A stretch of 64,000 nt of DNA from Candidatus Poribacteria bacterium (GCA_965232235.1 OZ246960.1:871058-935057), one strand, 5' to 3'. Shown: positions 9,909 through 19,827, counted from the first letter of the stretch. Numbers and translations are program-made. Notes: generated by a model from the sequence alone, not told the origin.

Positions 9909-10324
9909 AATCGCAGCGTCCGCTTGTTAATCACCGTTTCCCTCACGAGTTGGCGTTTCATAGACACATCCTTGAAATTGTTAAGACAGAGGCACTGTTG
10001 CGAGAACTGCCAATGCCCCTATTGCACAAAAAATGAACATTGGCGTTCACTTGTTAGATACGAATGCACGAACCGCTAAGACACAGCAGGAGGTGAGTTC
10101 GATGCAATTCGTGGGGTAGTGCTAATACAGGGTAACTTATGGACTAGGACAGTCCTGGGACGTGATAGATAGTGGCGCACAACTTGCATACATTCCAATA
10201 ACGCAATCAATTCGAGAACCATCAACTCTACAAGAGACGGCAAATTTTGTGCACTCAACTCGGATCGACTTTCACGAAGTGCTGCCGCTATGAGAACTAA
10301 CACTGCCGAAAAGGTGAAAACCCT
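9880..10324 (+). repeat. duplicated leader segment, copy C
   Basis: First ~200 bp nearly identical to copy A. Confidence 0.7.
10173..10187 (+). promoter_or_regulatory. sigma-54-like promoter match TGGCGC-acaac-TTGC
   Basis: GG-N10-GC spacing retained; 138 bp upstream of ATG 10325. Confidence 0.4.
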
Positions 10325-10972
10325 ATGAACGACTCCAACTTGTTCGGACGAATCGTTAAGGCGGCGGTGGTCGTCGCCCTATACGCATTCTTTTTCATCG
10401 GTGCTGTCGTCCTGATAATCGGCTGCGGCGAGGAACGTGAGGATATCCTGCAGCCGGCCTTGCCAACGATTAATCTGAGAGCACAAGACATCGATCCGAG
10501 CTTTCGTCAGTTTGCATATGCCATCACCGCCAGCGAGCCGCTCCCCTATTCTATAACACTGCGCGTAGACACCACTGCCGACGTATTCGCAAACGGGCAC
10601 TTCCAAATTGTGAGAAATAAGGAAATCCTCACTTTCAAGCGTGGTTCACAGACGGTCTACGGATTCTACAACAGATATTTCCTGCAAGCGTTCCTGTATC
10701 AAAACAGCTTTTTTTTCGATAAGGAGTTCGGGACGCTGGAATGCGTTCGCGGCGGCGGCGCCGGTTCCGTCCCAGACCCCCCGCGTGGGGCTCACCCCGT
10801 GATTCAGATAAAGGTAATGATCTCACATCCACTGCCCAACGACGACCATTGCGTCAGCCTTGCCGGCGGTGCCTACACTATTGAGAGTTCGAAACTCACT
10901 TTAAGGGCGCCTGACGATCTCATCGAGACGCTGTTTCCTGACCCGGACACCCGCCCATGGGAAGTCCGATAA
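10325..10972 (+). CDS. hypothetical membrane-anchored/lipoprotein (215 aa)
   Basis: N-terminal TM helix ending in IIGCG. Confidence 0.4.
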   Translation: MNDSNLFGRIVKAAVVVALYAFFFIGAVVLIIGCGEEREDILQPALPTINLRAQDIDPSFRQFAYAITASEPLPYSITLRVDTTADVFANGHFQIVRNKEILTFKRGSQTVYGFYNRYFLQAFLYQNSFFFDKEFGTLECVRGGGAGSVPDPPRGAHPVIQIKVMISHPLPNDDHCVSLAGGAYTIESSKLTLRAPDDLIETLFPDPDTRPWEVR

Positions 10973-11013
10973 TACCCCTTATCGGACTTCCTTAAACCCG
11001 AGGTAAAGCACCA

Positions 11014-11230
11014 TGAAATATACCTGCTGCTACTCGTTACCCTCTTCGCCTGCAGCGAAACCGATAATACACTTATGCCGGTAGCATGGTTCCATACGGG
11101 GAAGGAGTCTGGACCTGGTCTGGTAGACCCGACTGGCCCGATTACGACACCTAGATATTCGAGTCTTTCTGTCTGGTGTCGGATATCCCCATGCCGGCCA
11201 CAACCTACATTTTGGTAGAAGACCGTTTCG
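11014..11230 (+). pseudogene. frameshifted lipoprotein remnant
   Basis: The +1 frame after codon 4 reads LLLLVTLFACSETDNT.., a lipobox. Confidence 0.35.
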
Positions 11231-11419
11231 TCCACATGGCCGAAGGCGAGCTCCGATCCCAGGAAGTCGTTTTCTGGAGTATATGTCCGCCCCGGACCAC
11301 TAACGACTCGCCCCCTAGGTTCGAGGCGCAAATAAAGCCGATGCACGAACGATCCCGACACTTGCCGTCTAACCCTTGAAGTTAGATACTGTACAGCAAT
11401 TACTATCCATCAGAACACC

Positions 11420-12223
11420 GTGTATGCCGGAACATGGTACGACGGCGTATTTCGCTCCGACAGTCATGGCAACACATGGCAACCCATAAACAACGGAATC
11501 CGCTTAATCGATCGGGGTAGCGAAGAACTCGGGCCTCCAATCATTGAGCAAATACTCGTGACGAGTTCCGGAACCGTCATCGCTGTGGGGTACCACAGCG
11601 GTACGCATACATCGACCGACCGAGGCAAGACATGGCACGACGTAACACTAGAGTGGAAAGTGCGCCGAGACGCATGGGGACTGCCCGACCGGATAATAGG
11701 CGATGGTATCTGGTCGATGGCGGAGTTCGACGGCTATCTTTGGGCAGCCTATTCGAGATACCAAGTATTCCATTCCCGTGACAACGGCGTAACGTGGGAA
11801 CATACCAGCGGATTCGGGCATGGCCGGGTTGCCGACTGGGCGGTGCTTAATGATCGATTATACGTGGCCGGGGACGAAGGCTTTGGGCGATGGAACGAAG
11901 CCGAACTCGCGTGGGACGATCTCAGCCGAGGGCTTCCGCCAGCTGGCAGGTGGCCCGACCGTCCAGACCTCTCAATACAAACCCTGGTTGTTCATCGCGG
12001 ACGTATCTTCGCCGGGCTTCGGAACAACGGCGTGTGGACGTTTGATGAGCGCTCCGAAACGTGGATTCCCGCTGGTCTCGACGGGTTGACCGTTACCTCG
12101 CTCGTATCCCATCGATCCGATCTGTACGCAGCAACCAAAGAGGGCATCTACCGCGCTTCAATCCCGACCGTGCAACCCTCCGGTAAAGCCCTCACGACAT
12201 GGGGCACCGTTAAAACAAAATGA
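11420..12223 (+). CDS. BNR/Asp-box paralog 5, 5'-truncated
   Basis: Homology to paralog 1 starts about 11390 (..TAITIHQNTVYAGTWYDG..), equivalent to residue ~90 of the full-length proteins; no signal peptide; Asp-boxes and the tail PSGKALTTWGTVKTK are present. Confidence 0.55.
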   Translation: MYAGTWYDGVFRSDSHGNTWQPINNGIRLIDRGSEELGPPIIEQILVTSSGTVIAVGYHSGTHTSTDRGKTWHDVTLEWKVRRDAWGLPDRIIGDGIWSMAEFDGYLWAAYSRYQVFHSRDNGVTWEHTSGFGHGRVADWAVLNDRLYVAGDEGFGRWNEAELAWDDLSRGLPPAGRWPDRPDLSIQTLVVHRGRIFAGLRNNGVWTFDERSETWIPAGLDGLTVTSLVSHRSDLYAATKEGIYRASIPTVQPSGKALTTWGTVKTK

Positions 12224-12235
12224 CGGAGACCGCTC

Positions 12236-13309
12236 ATGAATAACAAACTCAGCTTAACGTTTATCCTAACCCCACTCCTGCTCGCGATCTGGCTCTCCAA
12301 TTTCGTCCAAGATGCCCGCGCGGAGTGGGAACATATCCCCGGCACCGAGGTCATCGGGAGCGTCGAACTGCTTGAAAGCGACGGTGTCCGTCTTTACGCC
12401 ATAGGTGACGCCGGCTTTTACCTCTCCTTCGATGACGGTTACACCTGGCGTCGCCGCAACATTGGTCGCGGCATCGAGGACTTTTATATCACCGCCATTG
12501 GAAGCGGGGATGGTGCCGTCTATGTCGGTACGGCAGACCACGGCGTGATCCGCTCCGACGACGGCGGCAACACCTGGGAGCACATTAACGAAGGGCTCCA
12601 CATCTTCGACAGCCCGAAATGGGGGGCCCACTACGGAAAGGTTGAACAAATGCTTGTCACAGGTTCCGGCATGGTCATCAACGTAGGATACCACCGTGGC
12701 ACGCACATATCTAACAACCGAGGCGAGAAATGGCGCGACGTAATGATGGAATGGAAGGCATCCCAAGGACCGGGACAGCACGATTGGGCTTTCGGCGACG
12801 GCATCTGGTCGATGACCGAGTTCGACGGCTATCTCTGGGCCGTCTATTCGGACGCCCCGGTATTCCGGTCCCCCGACCAGGGCGCCACTTGGGAGCTTCT
12901 TCCAATCCGAAGCTACGGCAGCATCCGCGACTTTGGGCGCGTACACGACTGGGCGGAGCTTGGGGATAAGCTGTACATCGCCGGAATCGGCGGCTTCGGG
13001 CGATGGAACGAAGCCGAACTTGCTTGGGACGATTTCAGCCAAGGACTCCCGCCGGAACGGATAGCAAGCCTAGCGGTTAATCGCGGCCGTATCTTCGCCG
13101 GAACAAGGAACAACGGCGTGTGGGTGTTTGATGGCCGATCCGAAAGGTGGATTCCCACAGGTCTGGACGGGTTGACCGTTACTTCGCTCGAACCCCATCA
13201 ATCCGATCTGTACGCGGCAACCAAAGAGGGCATCTACCGTGCTTCAATCTCGACCGTGCAACCCTACGGCAAAGCTGCCGCCACATGGGGCGCCATAAAA
13301 CAACGATGA
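12236..13309 (+). CDS. secreted BNR/Asp-box beta-propeller protein, paralog 6 (357 aa)
   Basis: Signal peptide; SFDDGYTW, SDDGGNTW, SPDQGATW; tail KAAATWGAIKQR. Confidence 0.75.
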   Translation: MNNKLSLTFILTPLLLAIWLSNFVQDARAEWEHIPGTEVIGSVELLESDGVRLYAIGDAGFYLSFDDGYTWRRRNIGRGIEDFYITAIGSGDGAVYVGTADHGVIRSDDGGNTWEHINEGLHIFDSPKWGAHYGKVEQMLVTGSGMVINVGYHRGTHISNNRGEKWRDVMMEWKASQGPGQHDWAFGDGIWSMTEFDGYLWAVYSDAPVFRSPDQGATWELLPIRSYGSIRDFGRVHDWAELGDKLYIAGIGGFGRWNEAELAWDDFSQGLPPERIASLAVNRGRIFAGTRNNGVWVFDGRSERWIPTGLDGLTVTSLEPHQSDLYAATKEGIYRASISTVQPYGKAAATWGAIKQR

Positions 13310-14427
13310 ATTACCTAATCTTCGTACTTGCACTATTAAGCTTTCTTGTTGCCTCCGCTCTCCTCGTGCTCTCCCTCGACAGTTGCTCGCCGAACGCAGA
13401 TGCCGCTTTCCAGGCCGACTGGATTCACCTCTCCGGCACTGAGGCGCTGGAGGCGGAGCTTCTCGAAACCGATGGCAACCGCCTCTACGCCGCCACTTGG
13501 GAAGGAGTGTACATCTCCTTGGATAATGGTTACACCTGGCGTTATGCCGAGATTGCCCACGGTCTTGAACAATTTTATATTATCGCAATTGGAATAGGGC
13601 GCAATGCCGTGTATGCAGGGACACAACACCACGGCGTATATCGCTCCGACAGCCACGGCAACACCTGGAAGCCCAAAAGAAACGGTATACACATATTCGA
13701 TTTAGATGAACCCGATCTAGAACCCCATTACGCAGCCGTTAAGCAAATACTCGTCACCCGTTCCGGCACAGTCATTGCCGTGGGGTACCATGCGGGCACC
13801 TATATATCCACCAACCGAGGCGAAGCATGGCATGGCACCGACGAGTGGCGGTACACCAGAGAACATCTGGGCTTGGACGACGTGCCAATAGGCTATGATA
13901 TCTGGTCGATGACCGAGTTCGACGGCTATTGGTGGGCAGTTACTTCGAGCGGTTCGTACAAATTGTGCCGTTCCTCTGACGACGGCGAAACGTGGGAAGG
14001 TCTTCCCTACTGGGTAGCCGGCGGAAGTATCGCCGAGTACCCTCATGTAGTCGATTGGATAGTGCTCAATGATCGGTTATACGTCGCCGGAGCTGGAGGC
14101 CTCGGGCGATGGAACGAAGCCGAACTTGCTTGGGACGATTTCAGCCAAGGACTCCCGCCGGAACGGATAGCAAGCCTAGCGGTTAATCGCGGCCGTATCT
14201 TCGCCGGAACAAGGAACAACGGCGTGTGGGTGTTTGATGAGCTATCCGAAACGTGGATTCCCGCTGGTCTCGACGGGTTGAACATTTACGACCTCATATC
14301 CCATCAATCCGACCTGTACGCCGCCACGGACGAGGGCATCTACCGCGCTTCAATCCCGACCGTGCAACCCTACGGCAAAGCCGCCGCAACTTGGGGCGCC
14401 CTGAAACACGAAGCTCTCGCCAAATAG
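13306..14427 (+). CDS. secreted BNR/Asp-box beta-propeller protein, paralog 7 (373 aa)
   Basis: True start is MNYLIFVLALLSF at 13306 (ATGA overlap); the upstream part of ORF 13147.. is an antisense artefact; 133 bp at 14103..14236 are identical to 13001..13133. Confidence 0.75.
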   Translation: MNYLIFVLALLSFLVASALLVLSLDSCSPNADAAFQADWIHLSGTEALEAELLETDGNRLYAATWEGVYISLDNGYTWRYAEIAHGLEQFYIIAIGIGRNAVYAGTQHHGVYRSDSHGNTWKPKRNGIHIFDLDEPDLEPHYAAVKQILVTRSGTVIAVGYHAGTYISTNRGEAWHGTDEWRYTREHLGLDDVPIGYDIWSMTEFDGYWWAVTSSGSYKLCRSSDDGETWEGLPYWVAGGSIAEYPHVVDWIVLNDRLYVAGAGGLGRWNEAELAWDDFSQGLPPERIASLAVNRGRIFAGTRNNGVWVFDELSETWIPAGLDGLNIYDLISHQSDLYAATDEGIYRASIPTVQPYGKAAATWGALKHEALAK

Positions 14428-14545
14428 CCCGAGTTTCTACGTATAGAAAATCCATCGGATTTACATCAGAGTTGAATTGGTCAACCGTTCGCTCCGGCAG
14501 CACGGCATGTTTAAACAGCGTCGATTTAACTCGCAAAGCCCCAGT

Positions 14546-14585
14546 GGGGCTCCAGCGAATGGACAGCTAGTGCGATAGAAGTCCC
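14546..14585 (-). repeat. R1-family short repeat copy
   Basis: Reverse complement matches the consensus. Confidence 0.5.
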
Positions 14586-14949
14586 TTTGCCCCGCTTTGG
14601 AGAGACTTGATTGACGCTATTAACGCACCGCAGATATATAGAACTGGTATTTCTACATAGAGTCCAGGTTTTCGATCCGGAGGATCGGTATGTCAATAGT
14701 ATACGATATGTCCGAATTTCCGCGTTCCAGCGGAGCGCAATGTGTGGCATACACTTATCCTGACGGGATGATTATCTCATCAAGCAATACTCCTTTTTTC
14801 GCCCTTTGACTGGCTTTGAATTAGTGTTACTTGTGAGAATCCAATAAGGGACATGACGCGCCCAAGCACGTGTGGTATAATTGAATTGTAGGACAAAAGG
14901 GCTGCCTGACGGAATCGGGGCCTTGATTAGGAGCGACACGAGGAAAGCA

Positions 14950-15558
14950 ATGTCATCTGCTGCCGTGCAATCTCATCTGGCACCGGAAGAGTATCTCGCT
15001 CTAGAACGCAAAGCAACGATCAAGAGCGAATACCGAGAGGGCCGCACGCACCCGATGTCAGGATCAAACCGGGCGCATAATCTCGTCAGCGGAAATATCA
15101 GCTGTGGACTCCATCTCCAGTTGAAGCAGCGTTCCTGCGAGGTCTATGCTTGTGACATGCGCCTAAAGGTTAGCGCGGCGGGACTATATACCTACCCCGA
15201 TATCCTTGTTGTCTGTGATGAACCACGATTTGAGGACGCCAATGTTGATACACTCTTAAATCCCACCGCCCTTTTTGAAGTCCTCTCACCGCGCACCGAG
15301 GCGTATGACCGAGGGGCGAAATTCGGGTACTATCGACAACTCGACTCCATGCAAGAATACACCCTCGTCTCACAGGATTTTATGCGCGTCGAACACTACC
15401 TCCGACATAACGAGCAGTGGATCCTGACAGAATTCGGCAGCCTCAATGATGTTGTTCGTCTGACTTCAATAGACTGCGAACTCCCACTGCGTGAAATTTA
15501 TGCGAAAGTAGATTTCCCTCCGAACGAGTCACCCCGCCAATCCCAACAGACCGTTTGA
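14950..15558 (+). CDS. Uma2-family (DUF820) PD-(D/E)xK endonuclease-like protein
   Basis: Start at the internal Met; the central and C-terminal layout and length are typical of Uma2. Confidence 0.5.
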   Translation: MSSAAVQSHLAPEEYLALERKATIKSEYREGRTHPMSGSNRAHNLVSGNISCGLHLQLKQRSCEVYACDMRLKVSAAGLYTYPDILVVCDEPRFEDANVDTLLNPTALFEVLSPRTEAYDRGAKFGYYRQLDSMQEYTLVSQDFMRVEHYLRHNEQWILTEFGSLNDVVRLTSIDCELPLREIYAKVDFPPNESPRQSQQTV

Positions 15559-15650
15559 AAATCCATTCCTGGCAGCCTCATCCCCCTTCCTCCCTTCAAC
15601 GGCGAGACTCCCTTTACTAGCCACTGACCACAGAGCACTGGCAACTATTC

Positions 15651-16757
15651 TTACCTACCACTCCAGACGGCTCTTAACAAATCCCCCGTGTAAATCGCGC
15701 TGGGCAACACCTCGTACTCCGCCCAGCACCCGGGGCACTTGTTGACCCATTCCCGCTGCTTCCCTATCCTGCCATTCGCCCACAAATCGGCGAATTTCTC
15801 CTCCTTCAGATTCCCGACGCTTGTCGTGTTGAACTGGCACGTCGGCACACGCCCATCCGGCAGCAGCCGCAGGTGCGAATTAAGTGCGACGCATTTCGGA
15901 TTGGGCACGCCCTCACCTTGAAGCAACCGATTCCGGATGCCCTGCAGGTAGTAGCGTTTCGCGAGCCGGTCAAGCAGCGGATAATTCGTGAGGTCCTTCT
16001 CAATCTCGTCGAACAGCGTTTGAAGATGCTCCTCCGTGAATTCGCCAAACGTCGTAAACTGACCAATCTGCGACGGAGCAACCTCCAGCTCCTCCTCCAA
16101 GTTATAGGTCGCGCTTAGGTCGTAAGCCATCACGACATTGTTCCGAACACCCAACGGCTCTAGGAACTCCCGCAAGCGCTTATAGTGTTCAACCCCCTCC
16201 GCATCAACTATCGACTGATTCACCGACAGACTCATCCGCAGCTCCTTCTGACGCGGCGCCAGAGCATTGAGCGTCCTCACGATGAAATCCCACGCCTTGT
16301 CATGGCCCCGCACATGGTTATGCTTCTCATCCATACCGTCAACGGAAACGAGCATACTCAACGGAACATCCCGCCGCCGCTTCTCGCAGAACTGCACAAT
16401 CCGGTCTGTCAGGAAACCGTTCGTCGTGACATGAATCATTAGCGGTTTAAGTTTGTCTTGGACGAGATGAGCGATGTCCAATAGGTCACGCCGAACAAAC
16501 GGCTCACCACCCGTCAACCGCACGGCGTCCATCCGCGGCAGTTTATTGAAGATGTTTCCAATCTCGTCAATGCTCAAATCGTTCGGCGAAGGCTTGCGCC
16601 ACGAGTCGCACATGATGCACCTCGCATTGCACGAGAACGTCACGATATACGTCAAACACCGGGGTAGTGTCACGGCGCGGCGGCGGGCGCGCCCAACCGT
16701 GTGAAGAAACGAGAGCAGGCGATTCTTGATCTCGAAATGAGACGGGTGTCCGCTCAT
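15651..16757 (-). CDS. radical SAM protein
   Basis: CNARCIMC (Cx3Cx2C) near the N-terminus; GGEP motif. Confidence 0.75.
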   Translation of the reverse strand: MSGHPSHFEIKNRLLSFLHTVGRARRRAVTLPRCLTYIVTFSCNARCIMCDSWRKPSPNDLSIDEIGNIFNKLPRMDAVRLTGGEPFVRRDLLDIAHLVQDKLKPLMIHVTTNGFLTDRIVQFCEKRRRDVPLSMLVSVDGMDEKHNHVRGHDKAWDFIVRTLNALAPRQKELRMSLSVNQSIVDAEGVEHYKRLREFLEPLGVRNNVVMAYDLSATYNLEEELEVAPSQIGQFTTFGEFTEEHLQTLFDEIEKDLTNYPLLDRLAKRYYLQGIRNRLLQGEGVPNPKCVALNSHLRLLPDGRVPTCQFNTTSVGNLKEEKFADLWANGRIGKQREWVNKCPGCWAEYEVLPSAIYTGDLLRAVWSGR

Positions 16758-17875
16758 GTGGCGAGCTCCTTCTTACGTGTGGCGGGGGGCAATGGTGAGG
16801 CGATAGGTTTATATCCCGGCAAATACTGATTGATAATATTTAGAGCGGCGGTGTTCCCATACACCTGCCGACGATTGATGCGAGCGCGAAATGCCTCGCA
16901 CCGCTCCATAAAATAGCGCGTATGTACCGGCGAAATCTGCTCCATTCCCACGCTCATACCGGCTCCCGAACGTTGGACAAAATGCCCGTTGATGCGTTGC
17001 TCGTGGTTGCGGTGTTCCGGCATGGCGAGCACCGGCTTTTCAAGATAGAGAGCTTCCCCGATGAGTTGGTTTCCAGCCGTGCTTATCAATGCGCGGCTCG
17101 TCGCTAGGTCTTCCACGAACCGGTGCATGTCGATCGGCAAGAATCGCAATCGCCCGGAAGACGACTGCTCTCCCAGTCCGTAAATGCGCACCTCGCACCC
17201 GCAGGCTTCAAGCGCGCCAAAAACTTCGCGCGAACCGAATCGCCGCAGATACACCACTAGATGATCGCCGCGCTCCGGTGCGGCTTCCAGAACTTCGGAC
17301 CTCAGCAATACGCCAATCTGGGTGACATCATGCGCTCTAGGTTTAAGCGGCGGAAAGTAGAACGACGAGACAACCGTTTGCAATTGACCACGGCAATAGC
17401 CGCGCACGATCTGTGCCATGAAGAACGCATGCCATCTTAGCTCCATGGGCAGCGAACTCAGGTCCGACGTAACTAGCACGTGTTGGTGATCCAGACTGAT
17501 GTAAGGAACGCCTGCGTGCCGTATGGCTCTGGGCAGCGCGGGCTCGAAATCGGTTATCGCCAAGTCGGGTGACTCTCGCTCAATATCCGACCGCAGCCGC
17601 CGAGAAAGCGCGGCGTACTTCGCGGCATAGGACAACCCCTTTATTCCCGTTCTTACGGGATTCAGCCGATGGCTGCGAGTGTAATGAAACGACAGCCCCG
17701 GAATGTGTCTAACGGTAACATCACTCTCTTGATACACCGGTTGTAACAGGTCGTAGGCTTGCCCCGGCGCGTAAATTACAATCCGATGATTCTTCCGCAA
17801 CTCCTCGACAATGGCGCGCACACGTGTGGCATGACCGCGCCCCTCACCGGACAAGCTATAGAATATAGTTGCCAT
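16754..17875 (-). CDS. glycosyltransferase (GT1/GT28, MurG/MGT-like)
   Basis: N-terminal YSLSGEGRGHATR Gly-rich loop; 373 aa GT-B-like. Confidence 0.55.
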   Translation of the reverse strand: MATIFYSLSGEGRGHATRVRAIVEELRKNHRIVIYAPGQAYDLLQPVYQESDVTVRHIPGLSFHYTRSHRLNPVRTGIKGLSYAAKYAALSRRLRSDIERESPDLAITDFEPALPRAIRHAGVPYISLDHQHVLVTSDLSSLPMELRWHAFFMAQIVRGYCRGQLQTVVSSFYFPPLKPRAHDVTQIGVLLRSEVLEAAPERGDHLVVYLRRFGSREVFGALEACGCEVRIYGLGEQSSSGRLRFLPIDMHRFVEDLATSRALISTAGNQLIGEALYLEKPVLAMPEHRNHEQRINGHFVQRSGAGMSVGMEQISPVHTRYFMERCEAFRARINRRQVYGNTAALNIINQYLPGYKPIASPLPPATRKKELAT

Positions 17876-17910
17876 AATTTATCTGTCCCCCGCATGTGGA
17901 AAACTGTAGG

Positions 17911-17950
17911 GTGTGATCAACCGAATGGATAATGAGGACGATAGAGATCC
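17911..17950 (-). repeat. R1-family short repeat copy
   Basis: caaccgaatggataatgaggacgatagagatcc. Confidence 0.5.
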
Positions 17951-17998
17951 TCTGCGCACCAGCCTTTGAAAGCACCCAAGTTCCGTTCGCCGACTTCT

Positions 17999-18976
17999 CT
18001 ATTCACGCCAAGAGGAGGTTCCTCGCGCGGAATCGTTCAAGGCAAGCAACCCCACAACTCCGAGGTGATCCGAAAGGATCTGCGTTTTGAGGACGGCGCT
18101 GTAACGCAACTTGACTCCCTCCCCATGAACCATCAATCCGTCAATGGCTTCCCGCTTTGGCGCTCTCCCGCTAAACCGGTTCACCCCCCTTCGAGTTAAC
18201 GGATTGAGGCGAGTATCGTAGGTTGCATCGGTGGCGGCGATATTAAACGGCTCTCCGTGTTTCGCGTTCAGTTCCACCCGGTGCGGATACGTCAAATTGT
18301 AATCACCGCCGACAACGAGATTGGGATAGATGGCTGCAAGGCTCAAGACCTCCCTGAACTGCGACTCCGTGAAGGCTCTGCCGGTAGTCCTCGGCGAATA
18401 CAGATGCGTGTTCCCCAACGTCAATCCGTTGCTGTCGGTGACCAGCAGCACCCCCTTTTCCGCATGGATCTCGTCTAACCTTCCGCCAACAGGTTTCCCG
18501 AAATACTTGTAAGTCGACTCATGCGGCTTCGTCGATTTGACCAGCGTGACCAAACCGCCCTTATTCATCAAATGGCGCTTCTGACCTGATCGGAACACCT
18601 GATATTCAGATAACCGTTTCTCTAACGCATTCACATCGCATGAGCACCACACCTCTTGCAGTAGAACATAATCCGGCTTGTGTTGCTTGATATACGAGAC
18701 AATCCGATTCTGTCGCGGCTTGTTTCTATACGACAACCAAAGAGGAAGCGCCCATACATTGAGAACAAGAATCGATCGCGACTCCTGCCGCGTCAATGCC
18801 GTTGGGCTTGCTTTTATCCATGATGGCGTTTCATCCATGAATTGAATCTCCCTTTCAATTCGGTGCCAGTGTTGAATTTCATGAAGCCTTGCGCCATTGG
18901 GAGTAACAGTGTGCTTTTCTGCTCGGCGCGTCCCTGACGCGCTAAGACCGGCTAGCACTACACAGCAGCATTCCAA
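17999..18976 (-). CDS. endonuclease/exonuclease/phosphatase (EEP) family hydrolase
   Basis: LVLNVWALP, VLLQEV, GGDYNLT motifs. Confidence 0.6.
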   Translation of the reverse strand: MECCCVVLAGLSASGTRRAEKHTVTPNGARLHEIQHWHRIEREIQFMDETPSWIKASPTALTRQESRSILVLNVWALPLWLSYRNKPRQNRIVSYIKQHKPDYVLLQEVWCSCDVNALEKRLSEYQVFRSGQKRHLMNKGGLVTLVKSTKPHESTYKYFGKPVGGRLDEIHAEKGVLLVTDSNGLTLGNTHLYSPRTTGRAFTESQFREVLSLAAIYPNLVVGGDYNLTYPHRVELNAKHGEPFNIAATDATYDTRLNPLTRRGVNRFSGRAPKREAIDGLMVHGEGVKLRYSAVLKTQILSDHLGVVGLLALNDSARGTSSWRE

Positions 18977-19827
18977 CGCAGAAACTCGTTATACCATTTC
19001 GCTTGAATAATAGTGCATACTCTGCCTTAAAACATATCATTCACTTAGCCCGTAGGTGGGGCTTCTTGCCCCGCCGACTTTGCGCGGAGACGAGACTTCT
19101 TGATCCGTTCCACGGAAATTTACTGACCTGATTCACGCGATCAATGCACAAGCATTATAGAGAAATGGTATAGCCGGCGTCAGCCGCATAACAGTGACGC
19201 TGAAAAGGCGTTTGCACCGTCAACGCCTTGGATGATAGCAGGGGCATGTTACAGACAGATGACGATTATGTGAATGCTATCTTTCTATTTTGTTACGATT
19301 CTGTCACATTCCTGCCCCGTTAACACTGTCTTGGGTGCCTGCTCGGGAGCCATCCCCACATCGCGAAAATTCATAGCAACACCCAACCACTGCAGTACCG
19401 AAACTACCCGGAACCCAGTCATATCAAGGCATACAGCCCTTCTCCCGTTTCCGATGAAAACTCCAATTGTTATGAAAAGTATGAAATTTCCCACGACGAC
19501 TATGCCTCTTCTTTAACCGGCGCGACCCGTCCCAAAACCGAATCTTTTACATTTTCTTTCCATGCCACTTCGCTTACCCTCCAACTTTCCATCATTCCGA
19601 TAGCGACTTTGCCGCCTGGTATTCAAGCACGTTCTCATATTTTCCAAACTTTTTAAGGGTAATATTGCGAAAACTATGCGATAATTACGTAGGTTGGGTT
19701 GAGCAGATTTCCATGAAGAATCACATATAGTAGGAAGGCTTTCGATATTTCCGGTTCGCTTGAAACGCCGAAATTCCAGTGAAACCCAACGCTTCATCTG
19801 ATTCATCACACCAGGAACCGAGCATTC

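Noticed and set aside
9803-10036. 77-aa ORF inside leader copy C
   Set aside because: It lies within the conserved non-coding leader present upstream of three genes. It has no counterpart ORF in copies A and B.
13147-13305. N-terminal 53-codon extension of the ORF-track call for BNR paralog 7
   Set aside because: The extension overlaps the 3' end of paralog 6 in another frame. The signal peptide and the ATGA coupling support a start at 13306.
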